DNA of 64,000 nucleotides from Nevskia sp. (GTDB lineage Bacteria; Pseudomonadota; Gammaproteobacteria; Nevskiales; Nevskiaceae): NCBI GenBank assembly GCA_035651715.1, contig DASRFD010000150.1, positions 128,860 to 192,859 of the forward strand, read 5' to 3'. Shown piece by piece: positions 1 to 10,186 of this stretch (position 1 is its first letter; each line of letters starts with the position of its first letter). The notes under the pieces were generated by a model. It saw only the letters and a program-made list of their open reading frames with translations, ran no database searches and was not told where the DNA came from. The position numbers and the translations under genes were made by a program.

Positions 1-363
1 TCGCCGGCCAGGTTGACCACGGTGCGTTCCTTCACGTTGATCTGGCAGAAGTTCAGGTCCCATACGCCGGTGGCGCTGTCCGGTCCGGTTAGGGTGATCT
101 GCGGGTTCTGGCCGTGGTGCATGTCCATCACGTTCGGGTTCTTCACCGCCAGATCGGTGAACACCGCCACCCAGCCGTCGCGGTCGTTGAAGGAGGGGAA
201 GCCGTCGGCCTCGATCACCGCGCCCTTTTCGATGAAGCAGTCGCGCATGGTGTCGGGCTGCTTGCGGTCGCAGGCGCGCAGGTAGCGGGCCTTCAGCTCC
301 TGGATGGCATGGATGTCCTCCAGCGCCTGCAGGCGCTTTTCCAGGTCGGCGACGGTGGCCATG
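1..363 (-). CDS. NTF2-like / SnoaL-like domain protein (5' end present, 3' end runs off window)
   Basis: Minus-strand ATG at 361-363. Translation MATVADLEKRLQALEDIHAIQELKARYLRACDRKQPDTMRDCFIEKGAVIEADGFPSFNDRDGW... is typical of SnoaL/NTF2-fold proteins. Frame stays open to the window edge. Confidence 0.55.
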
Positions 364-495
364 GCCGGTTCTCCTCGTGCTTTGATGTTGACCGATTGTG
401 GGCCAGGAGTTCCCCCGGCGGCACAGTCCATTCGGACTAAATGCGGGGCATGAAAAAGCCCCGCGGGCGTTGCGCCCGCGGGGCCGGCGCCGCGA

Positions 496-2181
496 TTACT
501 GGGCGCTGTTGAACTGGCTGATGTCGAAGCTGCCCCAGCCGGTGGTGTTGTCGAAGCCGGCCTTGGCGCAGTAGTCCTTCTGGCCGAGCAGGCTGCTGAG
601 CAGGCTCAGCAGGGCGTTGCTGCCGCTGTTGCAGCCGGACGTCACGTCATGGAACGAGGCCGGCCTGGACGCCGCGGCGGCATAGATCAACGGGGCGGCG
701 AAGCCGAGCGTGTTGTTGTGCGCGCTCTGCACGCGCGCCCAGACGCCGGTGGCCAGCGGCGCCGCCAGGCTGGTGCCGCCGACCTGGGTGGAGCTGCCGC
801 TGTTGATGATCACCGCGCCCGAGTTGGGGTCCGCATCCATCGCCACGTCCGGCACGGTGCGCGCGCTGGAGCCGGTCACGGCCTTCTGGTAGGGCTGCGC
901 CTGCACCACCGTGCTGACGCCGCCGCCGCCGCCGGCCCAGGTGGTCTCGCCGGCGTAGCTGCCGTCGCTGTTGGTGTTGAGCGTGGTGCCGCCCACCGCC
1001 ACGACATTGCGCGAGCTGGCCGGGTAGCTCACCGCGGTGTTGACGCCCTGCTGGCCGGAGCAGCCGGTGTAGGCGCCGCCGTCGCCGGACGAGGCGAAGA
1101 AGGTCTGGCCCTGCGAGGACCCGGCCAGGAAGATCTGCTCCGTCGTGCCGAGGGCGCCGCTGCTCTGCTCCGAGCTCTCGCAGATGCCGAGCGAGATGTT
1201 GATGGCCTTGACGTTCGGGTGCATCACCGCGTTGTTGTAGGCCACTTCGAGGTCGGAATCGTTGAGAGAGGCGGCGTTGAAGAAGTGCAGCACCGCGACG
1301 TTGCCGGCCATGGAGGTGGAAGTCTGGCTGTCCAGATCCCACTCGATGGTGCCGCTGGTGTCGGTGCCGTTCACTTCCGCGGGCACGAAGTCCAGCGCGA
1401 CCTGCGGCAGGCCGTTCTGGCTCTCGTAGGCGCGCAGATCGGTGACGGTCTGGGTCAGGTTGCCGTCGGTGATGATGCCGATCTCGGTGAGCGAGCCGGT
1501 AGGCGTGCCGCCGACGTCGTAGATCGCCGGGAATTGCACCGGCACGTGGCCGGTGGCGGTGCCGGCCAGCGGCACGGCGTTGGCGCCGGCCCTGGTGACG
1601 CTGTCGGCGCGCTGGTACAGCGGGTGCGCCACGTTGGCGTTCTGCAGGCCGGTGACGGCCAGCACCACGTCGGCCAGCTCGTCCGGCACCTGCACGTCGC
1701 GGGTGTTGGCGAACACGGTGCGGTTGTCGAGCTTGAACTGGCGGATGCTGGTGTTGAACGCGCTCTCCACCAGGGAGCGGCGGCCCTCCGCCGTCACCAG
1801 CAGGCGATTCGCGGCGACCTGGATGTTGCTGAAGCCGGCGCGGCGCAGATAATCGGTCACCGCCTGCACCTGGCGCTCGCTGGGCGCATAGCCGGCGGCG
1901 AACTCTTCGGCCGACAGGATGCGGCCGTAATCGCGGCTGAGCAGGGTGTGCTGGTTCTGCACCAGGGCTTCCAGCGCGTCGCGGTTCTGCAGCTTCAGGC
2001 TTACTGCAATGCGCATGGTCGCGGTATCCGGCAGCGCGCCGAGCAGCGTGGCGTTCTGCAATGCGGCGGCGTGCGAGGCCGTGCCGTGCCACGCGGCCTG
2101 GGCCGCGGACGGCAGCGCCAGCAGCGCCAGGCCTAGACCGGCTACCGGGGCGGTGAAACTCCTGAGTCCCTTGTTGAACAT
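496..2181 (-). CDS. Secreted sedolisin-family (S53) serine-carboxyl peptidase with pro-kumamolisin-like activation domain
   Basis: Internal ATG of track ORF 496..2523 with SD GAGGAGAAGG. Signal peptide MFNKGLRSFTAPVAGLGLALLALPSAAQA. Catalytic block GGTSLAAPLATG (SGTS-type Ser motif of S53) and an activation-domain-like N-terminal third. Confidence 0.85.
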   Translation of the reverse strand: MFNKGLRSFTAPVAGLGLALLALPSAAQAAWHGTASHAAALQNATLLGALPDTATMRIAVSLKLQNRDALEALVQNQHTLLSRDYGRILSAEEFAAGYAPSERQVQAVTDYLRRAGFSNIQVAANRLLVTAEGRRSLVESAFNTSIRQFKLDNRTVFANTRDVQVPDELADVVLAVTGLQNANVAHPLYQRADSVTRAGANAVPLAGTATGHVPVQFPAIYDVGGTPTGSLTEIGIITDGNLTQTVTDLRAYESQNGLPQVALDFVPAEVNGTDTSGTIEWDLDSQTSTSMAGNVAVLHFFNAASLNDSDLEVAYNNAVMHPNVKAINISLGICESSEQSSGALGTTEQIFLAGSSQGQTFFASSGDGGAYTGCSGQQGVNTAVSYPASSRNVVAVGGTTLNTNSDGSYAGETTWAGGGGGVSTVVQAQPYQKAVTGSSARTVPDVAMDADPNSGAVIINSGSSTQVGGTSLAAPLATGVWARVQSAHNNTLGFAAPLIYAAAASRPASFHDVTSGCNSGSNALLSLLSSLLGQKDYCAKAGFDNTTGWGSFDISQFNSAQ

Positions 2182-2763
2182 GGCTTTCCTTCTCCTCGTC
2201 GACTGGCAGGTGCCAGATTGCTGATTCGTGACATGCGGCGCAGGCCGGCCGAAGACGCCGGCGGCGTGGGAAACCGGATACGGACGGAGCAGCGCGGAAA
2301 GGTCGGAGCAGGCCGCGGCGCGCAGCGCGGCGGCGCGTGGCCAGCCGCAGCGGCGCGGGCCTGGCGAGGGCGGGCAGCACGGCGCGGCACAGAAACCGTG
2401 TGCATTGCATGGAAAATGCTGAAAAGGAACGCCGAAGCGTCCCGCCCCTGCCGGCTCATCCTTGAGCTCCCCTGCCCTCTGCGCCCAATTTGAGTGCTGA
2501 ACCGGCACGGGCGTCAAGCCCACCGGTCGGGCGGATGCTGTCGTGCGCGGGCGACAGGACGCGGCGGTACCACGTAGCGCGGCGGCAAAATGAAGACCAG
2601 GCGCGCCGAGTCGTGCGATCTGCGAAACGCCAGCTCCGCCGCTGCCCGTCGGCCGGCCGCCGTACCGAGGCGTTCCCCCTGCGCCTCAGGCTCCGCTCGG
2701 GGTAGAATCGAGTCGCAACAAGGACGTTGCGCAACGCCCGGAGCCTGGCGCTCAGGATTGGAT

Positions 2764-2886
2764 ATGGCAATTCGCTATTACGATCACACCCTTGGCCGCG
2801 AGCGCATCAAGCCACGCTATAAATGGGCCATGAGCGCTTTCGCGATTGGAATCGTGTGCGGGGTGGTCTTCGCCCACGTCATCTAG
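2764..2886 (+). CDS. Small single-TM membrane protein, paralog 1 (40 aa), unknown family
   Basis: ATG with AGGA 6 nt upstream. MAIRYYDHTLGRERIKPRYKWAMSAFAIGIVCGVVFAHVI*. Two diverged protein-level paralogs at 7707 and 8058 support a real gene. Absent from the >=60-aa ORF track. Confidence 0.55.
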   Translation: MAIRYYDHTLGRERIKPRYKWAMSAFAIGIVCGVVFAHVI

Positions 2887-3030
2887 GGCTCGCGCCCAGC
2901 AGCGCCCTCACGATGTGCGCAGCCCGGCAGCGCCGGGCCGCCGCGCTGCACCGGCAGCGAGTCCCTTCCGCGCGCCACTGTCGTCCAGGCGACAGATCGC
3001 CGCGGGCGGAGGGCCTACAATCCCTCCGCC

Positions 3031-3888
3031 ATGAAAAAAATCCTGATCCCCATTCCCAGCCACGACTTCGACCCCACCGAAGTGGCGGTGACCTGGAAAG
3101 TGCTCAAGGACGGCGGCCATGAACTGCACTTCGCCACGCCGGACGGCCGCCGGGGCCACGCCGACCCGATCATGCTCAGCGGCGAGGGTCTGGACCCCTG
3201 GGGCTTCGTCCCGCTGCTGAAGAAGATCCGCCTGATCGGCCTGATGCTGCGGGCCCAGGCCGGCGCCCGCCGCGCCTACCGCGAAATGGAGCAGGACCCC
3301 CTCTTCCTCGCCCCGCAGCGCTGGGACGCCCTGAACGCGGAAGACTGGGATGGCCTGGTGCTGCCCGGCGGCCATGCCAAGCGCATGCGCGAGTACCTGG
3401 AGAGCCCGGTGCTGCAGGGCTTCGTCGCCGACTTCTTCGACAGCGGCAAGCCGGTGGGCGCCATCTGCCACGGCGTGCTGCTGGCCGCGCGCAGCATCAG
3501 CAGGAAAACCGGCAAGTCCGTGCTGCATGGCCGCAAGACCACCGCGCTGACGTGGAAGCTGGAGAAGTCGGCGTGGATGCTGTCGCGCTTCCTCGCCCGC
3601 TTCTGGGATCCGGACTACTACCGCACCTACGGCGAGACCAGGGGACAGCCCGCGGGGTATATGAGCGTGCAGGCCGAGGTGACGCGGGCGCTGGCGAAGG
3701 CTGAGGATTTTCTCGACGTGCCGGCGGATGCGCCGGATCAGTTCGCCAAGACCGGCGGCATGGTTCGGGACAGTGCCAGCAACAGCAAGCCGGCCTGGGT
3801 GGTCAGGGACGGTAATTATGTTTCGGCGCGGTGGCCGGGGGACGTGTATACGTTCGCGCGCAGCTTTGAAGGCGCACTTCGGAATTAG
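3031..3888 (+). CDS. DJ-1/PfpI (ThiJ) family type-1 glutamine-amidotransferase-like protein
   Basis: 285-aa ORF. Conserved nucleophile-elbow region KPVGAICHGVLLAARS and the DJ-1/PfpI fold pattern. Confidence 0.8.
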   Translation: MKKILIPIPSHDFDPTEVAVTWKVLKDGGHELHFATPDGRRGHADPIMLSGEGLDPWGFVPLLKKIRLIGLMLRAQAGARRAYREMEQDPLFLAPQRWDALNAEDWDGLVLPGGHAKRMREYLESPVLQGFVADFFDSGKPVGAICHGVLLAARSISRKTGKSVLHGRKTTALTWKLEKSAWMLSRFLARFWDPDYYRTYGETRGQPAGYMSVQAEVTRALAKAEDFLDVPADAPDQFAKTGGMVRDSASNSKPAWVVRDGNYVSARWPGDVYTFARSFEGALRN

Positions 3889-3980
3889 TGGCGCTGCCCT
3901 CCCAGCAAGCGGGGGAGTGAAGCTGGATTCCCGCCAATCCGCCGGCGGAGATGGCGGAAGACCGACGGCCGCGGGCCGCC

Positions 3981-4886
3981 CTACGCGGCAAAGACCTCCC
4001 GGATGCGCTCGCGCAGCCAGCGATTGGCCGGCTCCTCCTCCACGTTCGCATGCCAGTACAGGTGCGCGTCCATCGCCGGCAACGCCAGCGGGAACGGCAG
4101 GATCTGGTTGTCGAACTGCCTGCTGGCGATCCGCGCGTAGGTTTCCGGCATGGTCAGCAGCAGGTCGGTCTGGCTGACCACGCTGCAGGCGGCGAAGTAG
4201 TGCTGGCAGCGCAGGCGGACGCTCCGCTGGTGGCCCTGGCGGGCCAGCTCCATGTCTTCCAGGCCGGGGCCCGAGCGGCGCGAGCTGGCGAGGATGTGCT
4301 CCTGGGCGAGGTAGGTCTCCAGGTCCAGCTTCTTTTTGATCTTTGGGTGATTCTTGCGCGCCACCACTACCAGCGGGTCCATGGCGATGGGGGTGTGGCG
4401 GATGTTCTCGGACAGGGGCAGCAGCAGCACGTCGATGGCGGCGTCCAGGCTGCCCATGGCCAGCTCGGATTCCAGCTCGCGGCGGTCGGCGCGCACGGCG
4501 GCGATCTCGATGTGCGGCGCCTGCTTCTCGACGCGGGCCATCAGGGCCGGCAGCAGGGTGGCTTCCAGCACGTCGCGCACGCCGATGGTGAACTTGTGGC
4601 GGCTGGTGGCGGGGTCGAACTGGCTGACCTGGTTGAGGGTGATCTCCAGGCTGCGCAGCGAGCGGCGCACCGGCTCGATGATGCCGCGCGCCAGCGGCGT
4701 CGGCGCCATGGCCTGGCCCTGCCGCTCGAACAACTGGTCCCCGAACATCTCGCGCAGGCGCGCCAGGGCGTGGCTGATGGCGGGCTGGGTCAGGTGCAGC
4801 TTGCGCGCGGCCCTGGTGATGCCGCCTTCGGTGTAGATGGCGTCCAGCACCACCAGCAGGTTGAGATCGACCCGGTTCAGGTGCAT
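3981..4886 (-). CDS. LysR-family transcriptional regulator
   Basis: N-terminal HTH MHLNRVDLNLLVVLDAIYTEGGITRAARKLHLTQPAISHALARLRE is a LysR signature. Divergent from the 5113 operon. Confidence 0.85.
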   Translation of the reverse strand: MHLNRVDLNLLVVLDAIYTEGGITRAARKLHLTQPAISHALARLREMFGDQLFERQGQAMAPTPLARGIIEPVRRSLRSLEITLNQVSQFDPATSRHKFTIGVRDVLEATLLPALMARVEKQAPHIEIAAVRADRRELESELAMGSLDAAIDVLLLPLSENIRHTPIAMDPLVVVARKNHPKIKKKLDLETYLAQEHILASSRRSGPGLEDMELARQGHQRSVRLRCQHYFAACSVVSQTDLLLTMPETYARIASRQFDNQILPFPLALPAMDAHLYWHANVEEEPANRWLRERIREVFAA

Positions 4887-5112
4887 GGGGAACCCAGATG
4901 CATGGGGCTTATGGCCGGGAATGCGGGGAATTCATTTGTGGCAGCTTAGCAGGGGGGCTTAGGCTGGGCACCCGGGTTGGCCTGGGCCGGGTTTGCGGGT
5001 GACGCGATGCATGCGCCGCGCGCGCATCGGGCGACGGACGGGATTTTTACGGCATTCCAAGGCGCAACAGCGGCATACTTGATCCGGGCCCGCGGCAAGA
5101 GAACAGGAAACC

Positions 5113-6180
5113 ATGAGCGAGGAATTCGAGGGCACGATGCCGGTGCGGGACAAGCACCGGTTCGACGAGGCGAAGCTGGAGCAATACCTCGCCGCCCGCG
5201 TGGCGGGCTTCAAGGGTCCGCTGCAGGTGGTGCAGTTCAAGGGCGGCCAGTCTAATCCCACGTTCGGCCTGATCGCGGGCAGCGGGCGCTACGTGCTGCG
5301 GCGCAAGCCGCCGGGCAAGCTGCTGCCTTCGGCCCACGCGGTGGACCGCGAATACCGCGTGATCACGGCGCTGCACGGCACGGATGTGCCGGTGGCGAGG
5401 ACCTGGTGCCTGTGCGAGGACGACTCGGTCATCGGCACGGCGTTCTACGTGATGGACTGGGTGCAAGGCCGGGTGATGTGGGACCCGGCCCTGCCCGGGA
5501 TGGAGCCGGCGCAGCGCGCGGCGATCTTCGACGAAATGAACCGGGTGATCGCGGCGCTGCATACCGTGGACTACGCCAGGATCGGCCTCGGCGACTACGG
5601 CAAGCCGGGCAATTACTTCGCGCGCCAGCTCGACCGCTGGAGCAAGCAGTACCGCGCCTCCGAAACGCAGCGCATCGAGTCGATGGAGAAGCTGATCGAA
5701 TGGCTGCCGCGGCACATCCCGCCCGGCGACGAGACTTCGATCGTCCACGGCGACTACCGCCTGGACAACCTGATGTACCACGCCGGCGAGCCGCGCATCC
5801 TGGCGGTGCTGGACTGGGAGCTGTCCACCCTGGGCCATCCGCTGGCGGACTTCGCCTACCACTGCATGACCTGGCACATCCCCAAGGGCGTGTTCCGCGG
5901 CCTGGCGGGCGTGAAGCTGGCGGAGCTGGGCATTCCCTCGGAAGCGGACTACGTGGCCAGGTACTGCCAGCGCACCGGGCGCGGCCCGATCGAGCCGAGC
6001 CACTGGGATTTCTACATCGCCTACAACCTGTTCCGCCTCGCCGCGATCCTGCAGGGCATCGCCGGCCGGGTGAAGGAAGGCACGGCGGCGAGCCAGCAGG
6101 CGGCGATGATGGGCGCCGCGGCGCCGGCGCTGGGCGATCTGGGGTGGAAGCAGGTGGAGAAGATCCTGGCCCGGGGGTAG
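5113..6180 (+). CDS. Phosphotransferase-family protein (APH-like kinase; acyl-CoA-dehydrogenase-associated type)
   Basis: 355 aa. Kinase-like motifs HGDYRLDNLM (Brenner HxD) and DWELS. Typical partner gene of the downstream ACAD. Confidence 0.8.
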   Translation: MSEEFEGTMPVRDKHRFDEAKLEQYLAARVAGFKGPLQVVQFKGGQSNPTFGLIAGSGRYVLRRKPPGKLLPSAHAVDREYRVITALHGTDVPVARTWCLCEDDSVIGTAFYVMDWVQGRVMWDPALPGMEPAQRAAIFDEMNRVIAALHTVDYARIGLGDYGKPGNYFARQLDRWSKQYRASETQRIESMEKLIEWLPRHIPPGDETSIVHGDYRLDNLMYHAGEPRILAVLDWELSTLGHPLADFAYHCMTWHIPKGVFRGLAGVKLAELGIPSEADYVARYCQRTGRGPIEPSHWDFYIAYNLFRLAAILQGIAGRVKEGTAASQQAAMMGAAAPALGDLGWKQVEKILARG

Positions 6181-6306
6181 CCGCCGCTGCAAGGCGCGAA
6201 AGATGAACGTGAGCGGCAAGCACCTTGCCCCTCACGCCGGCCCTCTCCCGAACGGGAAGAGGGATTGAGCAAACGGTTTCAGGCGGCATCTGGAAGGAGA
6301 AGCACC

Positions 6307-7554
<1,248 letters not shown>

Positions 7555-7706
7555 GCAAAGGCGGCCGGGGGCCGGCACATGACCACGGCTGGCTTTTTTT
7601 TTGCCCCTTGGCGTAACCTAGTCGCCGGACAACGATACGAACGGGTCTCTCTCCGGCGGCCCAGTGGGCCGCACGGAAAGCCCCGCAGGGATGCGATGGG
7701 GGGTGC

Positions 7707-7826
7707 ATGCTGCCAGCCAACAAGCCAGGGCGCGTTGCTTCACGCGAGATCAATCCGGAACTGCAGTGGGCGCTATGGGCGTTCCTGCTGGGATTTGCCG
7801 TCGGCCTGGGGCTGAAGTTCGTCTAG
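7707..7826 (+). CDS. Small single-TM membrane protein, paralog 3 (39 aa)
   Basis: MLPANKPGRVASREINPELQWALWAFLLGFAVGLGLKFV*. C-terminal half aligns to paralogs 1 and 2 (RE-I-xP-x-x-x-WA-x-x-x-F-x-x-G). GGGGG 3 nt before ATG is a tight SD spacing. Not in the ORF track. Confidence 0.4.
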   Translation: MLPANKPGRVASREINPELQWALWAFLLGFAVGLGLKFV

Positions 7827-7962
7827 GGCCTGTTAACCCCGCCCTGACCACGCTGTGGTAATTATTTCCTAGGCAGCCCTGCCGGCGCCGAAAGTGGTTT
7901 TACAAGCCGCTGATCCGGAATAGAATTTCCTTGGTACTTCGGCGTATGGGCGGAGCACGGCC

Positions 7963-8008
7963 ACCGATCCGCCCGGCACCGTCACTCGGTGCGGATCGGT
8001 CTTTGTTA
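7963..8008 (+). terminator. Rho-independent terminator-like hairpin (ACCGATCCGC-N18-GCGGATCGGT followed by TCTTTGTT)
   Basis: 10-bp perfect inverted repeat followed by a T-rich tract, downstream of the acyl-CoA dehydrogenase and small ORF P3. Confidence 0.45.
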
Positions 8009-8057
8009 ATCTCCTCCGCCGCGCAGGACCTCATTCTCGCCAACGGGACGCTACACC

Positions 8058-8177
8058 ATGCTCACCTATTACGATCACCAGCTGGGCCGTGAACGCATCA
8101 AGCGCCGCTATGCCTGGGCCGCGTGGTCATTCGTCGGCGGGGTCCTGGTGGGCGTTGCCGTCGCCCACGTCTTCTAG
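8058..8177 (+). CDS. Small single-TM membrane protein, paralog 2 (39 aa)
   Basis: MLTYYDHQLGRERIKRRYAWAAWSFVGGVLVGVAVAHVF*. 60% identical to paralog 1 at protein level while nucleotides are diverged, indicating purifying selection. Confidence 0.55.
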   Translation: MLTYYDHQLGRERIKRRYAWAAWSFVGGVLVGVAVAHVF

Positions 8178-8266
8178 GGAACCTCTGAACAAGTCCATGC
8201 CCTGAAGGCGAGCTGCGATCGCCGGGATTCCCTGGGCCGCGTTCCGTCGAGCGGCTCGCGCGCGCT

Positions 8267-10033
8267 CTATTGGTCGATCGGCGTCAGCAGCGGCGGCAGG
8301 ATCGGCTGCTCCACCCCCACCCGCTTGACGTAGGCCACCCAGTCGGCCGTCAGCTCGGCCACGATGTCCGGATGCAGCGCGGCCACGTCGGTGGTTTCGC
8401 CGCGGTCCGTATCCATGTTGTAGAGCTGCCAGTCGTGGTCGATCAGCAGCGCGGCGGACGGCAGCATGTAATTGACCACCCGGGTCATCTTCCACGGTCC
8501 CTTGCGCACGTAGCGGATATCGTTGACCTCGTCGACGATCACGTCGTCCTGGCCATGGATCTGGCTGCGCTGGCCGCCGAGCACCGGCAGCAGCGACAGG
8601 CCTTCCAGCGGGGCCACGGCGTGGCCCTGGTACTGCGTGCCCGGGTCGGCAACGCCGGCGGCGGCGAGGATGGTCGGCGCCACGTCGAGCAGCGAGGCCA
8701 GCGCGGCGCTCGGCGCCTGGCCGGCGCCCTGGCCGGGCAGGCGCACGATCGCCGGCACCGAGATGCCGCCCTCGGCGGTGAAAGCCTTGAACAGCCGCAG
8801 CGGCGCATTGCCGGCCTCGGCCCACCGCGTGCTGCGGAAGATGAAGGAGCCGGGACGGCCGTAGTTGGCCAGGCTATTGTCGATGTCGGTGTTGCCGGCG
8901 GTATCGACATAGGGAATGAAGCCGTAGCCCATGCCGTCGGCGCCGTTGTCGGAGACGAACACGATCAGCGTGTTGTCGTATTCGCCGATCTGCTTGAGGT
9001 AGGCGAACAGCTTGCCGACGTCGTCGTCGAGGTTGGTCAGCATGCCGGCGAACACTTCCATGATGCGCGCCTCGCTCTGCTGGTCGGAAGCCGACAGCTG
9101 ATCCCAGGCGGTGTTGGTCAGCACGCCGGGCTGGCCGAAGCGCAGCATCACCGCCTCGTCGCCCGGGTTCGGGTTGAGGTCCGGCGGCACGATGCCCAGC
9201 GCCTTCTGCCGGGCGATGCGCGCGTCGCGGACCGCCTGGTAGCCGGCGTCGTACTTGCCCTTGTACAGGCCGAGGTAGGCGTCGGGCACCTGCAGCGGGA
9301 AGTGCACGGCCTGGAAGGCGAGGTAGGCGAAGAAGGGCTTGCCGTCGCCGTGGTCGGCGCCGATGTAACTCTGCAGCTTGTTGACGAAGTAGTCGCTGGA
9401 GAAGAAGTCGTCCGGCAGCGGCGCCGGCGCGCCGTTTTCGTAATAGGTGCGCGCGGCGGACTCGGAACGCGCCGCAGTGGCGGCATAGTTGCTGCCGAAG
9501 GCCGAGGTGTAGTCCATCGAGAAGGACTGCTCGAAGCCCCACTTCACCGGCCCGCCGCCGCCGAGATGCCACTTGCCGGCCATGTAGGTGTGGTAGCCGG
9601 CGTCGTGCAGCAGCTGCGCCACGGTGCGGGCCTTGCCATCCAGCTCGCCCTTGTAGGTCTCGTCGTTGGGCGGATAGAAGCTGTTGCTCTCCGGCAGGGT
9701 GCCGACGCCGACCAGGTGGTGGTCCGCGCCGGTCAGCAGCTCGGCGCGCGAGGTGGCGCACAGCGGCGTGGCGTGGAAGTTGGTGAGGATGCGGCCTTCC
9801 CGCGCCAGGCGGTCGATATTGGGAGTGTTGATCTCGCTGCCGAAGGCGCTGAGGTCGGCATAGCCGAGGTCGTCGGCCAGGATCACCAGCACGTTGGGCC
9901 GCGCGGCGCCGCCGCTCTTGCCGCCGTCAGCCGCGGTGGCGGCCGGGCTGGATGAGCCGCAACCTTGCAGCAGCAGCGCCGCCGCCAGCGCCCCGCCCCG
10001 CAGCGCCCGCCCACTCCCCCGAAGCTTGTTCAT
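8267..10033 (-). CDS. Arylsulfatase-family lipoprotein (sulfatase with non-canonical CATSR active-site motif)
   Basis: Lipobox LLQGC. Sulfatase N-terminal block PNVLVILADDLGYADLSAFGSEINTPNIDRLAREGRILTNFHATPLCATSRAELLTG. Active-site pentapeptide reads C-A-T-S-R (codons tgc gcc acc tcg cgc) rather than C-x-P-x-R. Confidence 0.85.
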   Translation of the reverse strand: MNKLRGSGRALRGGALAAALLLQGCGSSSPAATAADGGKSGGAARPNVLVILADDLGYADLSAFGSEINTPNIDRLAREGRILTNFHATPLCATSRAELLTGADHHLVGVGTLPESNSFYPPNDETYKGELDGKARTVAQLLHDAGYHTYMAGKWHLGGGGPVKWGFEQSFSMDYTSAFGSNYAATAARSESAARTYYENGAPAPLPDDFFSSDYFVNKLQSYIGADHGDGKPFFAYLAFQAVHFPLQVPDAYLGLYKGKYDAGYQAVRDARIARQKALGIVPPDLNPNPGDEAVMLRFGQPGVLTNTAWDQLSASDQQSEARIMEVFAGMLTNLDDDVGKLFAYLKQIGEYDNTLIVFVSDNGADGMGYGFIPYVDTAGNTDIDNSLANYGRPGSFIFRSTRWAEAGNAPLRLFKAFTAEGGISVPAIVRLPGQGAGQAPSAALASLLDVAPTILAAAGVADPGTQYQGHAVAPLEGLSLLPVLGGQRSQIHGQDDVIVDEVNDIRYVRKGPWKMTRVVNYMLPSAALLIDHDWQLYNMDTDRGETTDVAALHPDIVAELTADWVAYVKRVGVEQPILPPLLTPIDQ

Positions 10034-10186
10034 TTCTTGTACCCGCTTTCCGCCCTTTGCCTGTTGTATGCCCGCGGCGCAAGCGCGGCTTCGCTCATCC
10101 GCGCCTTGACCGGCCCGGGATTCTAGGCTAGCGGGCCGCCCGCAAACCGGGCTGCGCGCAATGTTCGGAGCACAGAACGGCGCGGA

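Noticed and set aside
647-2410. Long Arg/Ala/Gly-rich ORFs overlapping the sedolisin gene on both strands (647..2410 minus, 649..2136 plus). The same pattern recurs at 8270..9955, 10577..11947, 17426..20995, 23369..25510, 25632..27008, 36266..40285, 37150..40446, 40257..43055, 43254..45359, 44405..46399, 46977..48848, 47603..49306, 50519..52123, 51958..53319, 54550..56178 and 57092..58438.
   Set aside because: Low-complexity RGAP-rich translations with no motifs, each completely overlapping a gene with clear family signatures. They are the shadow frames expected in about 70% GC DNA.
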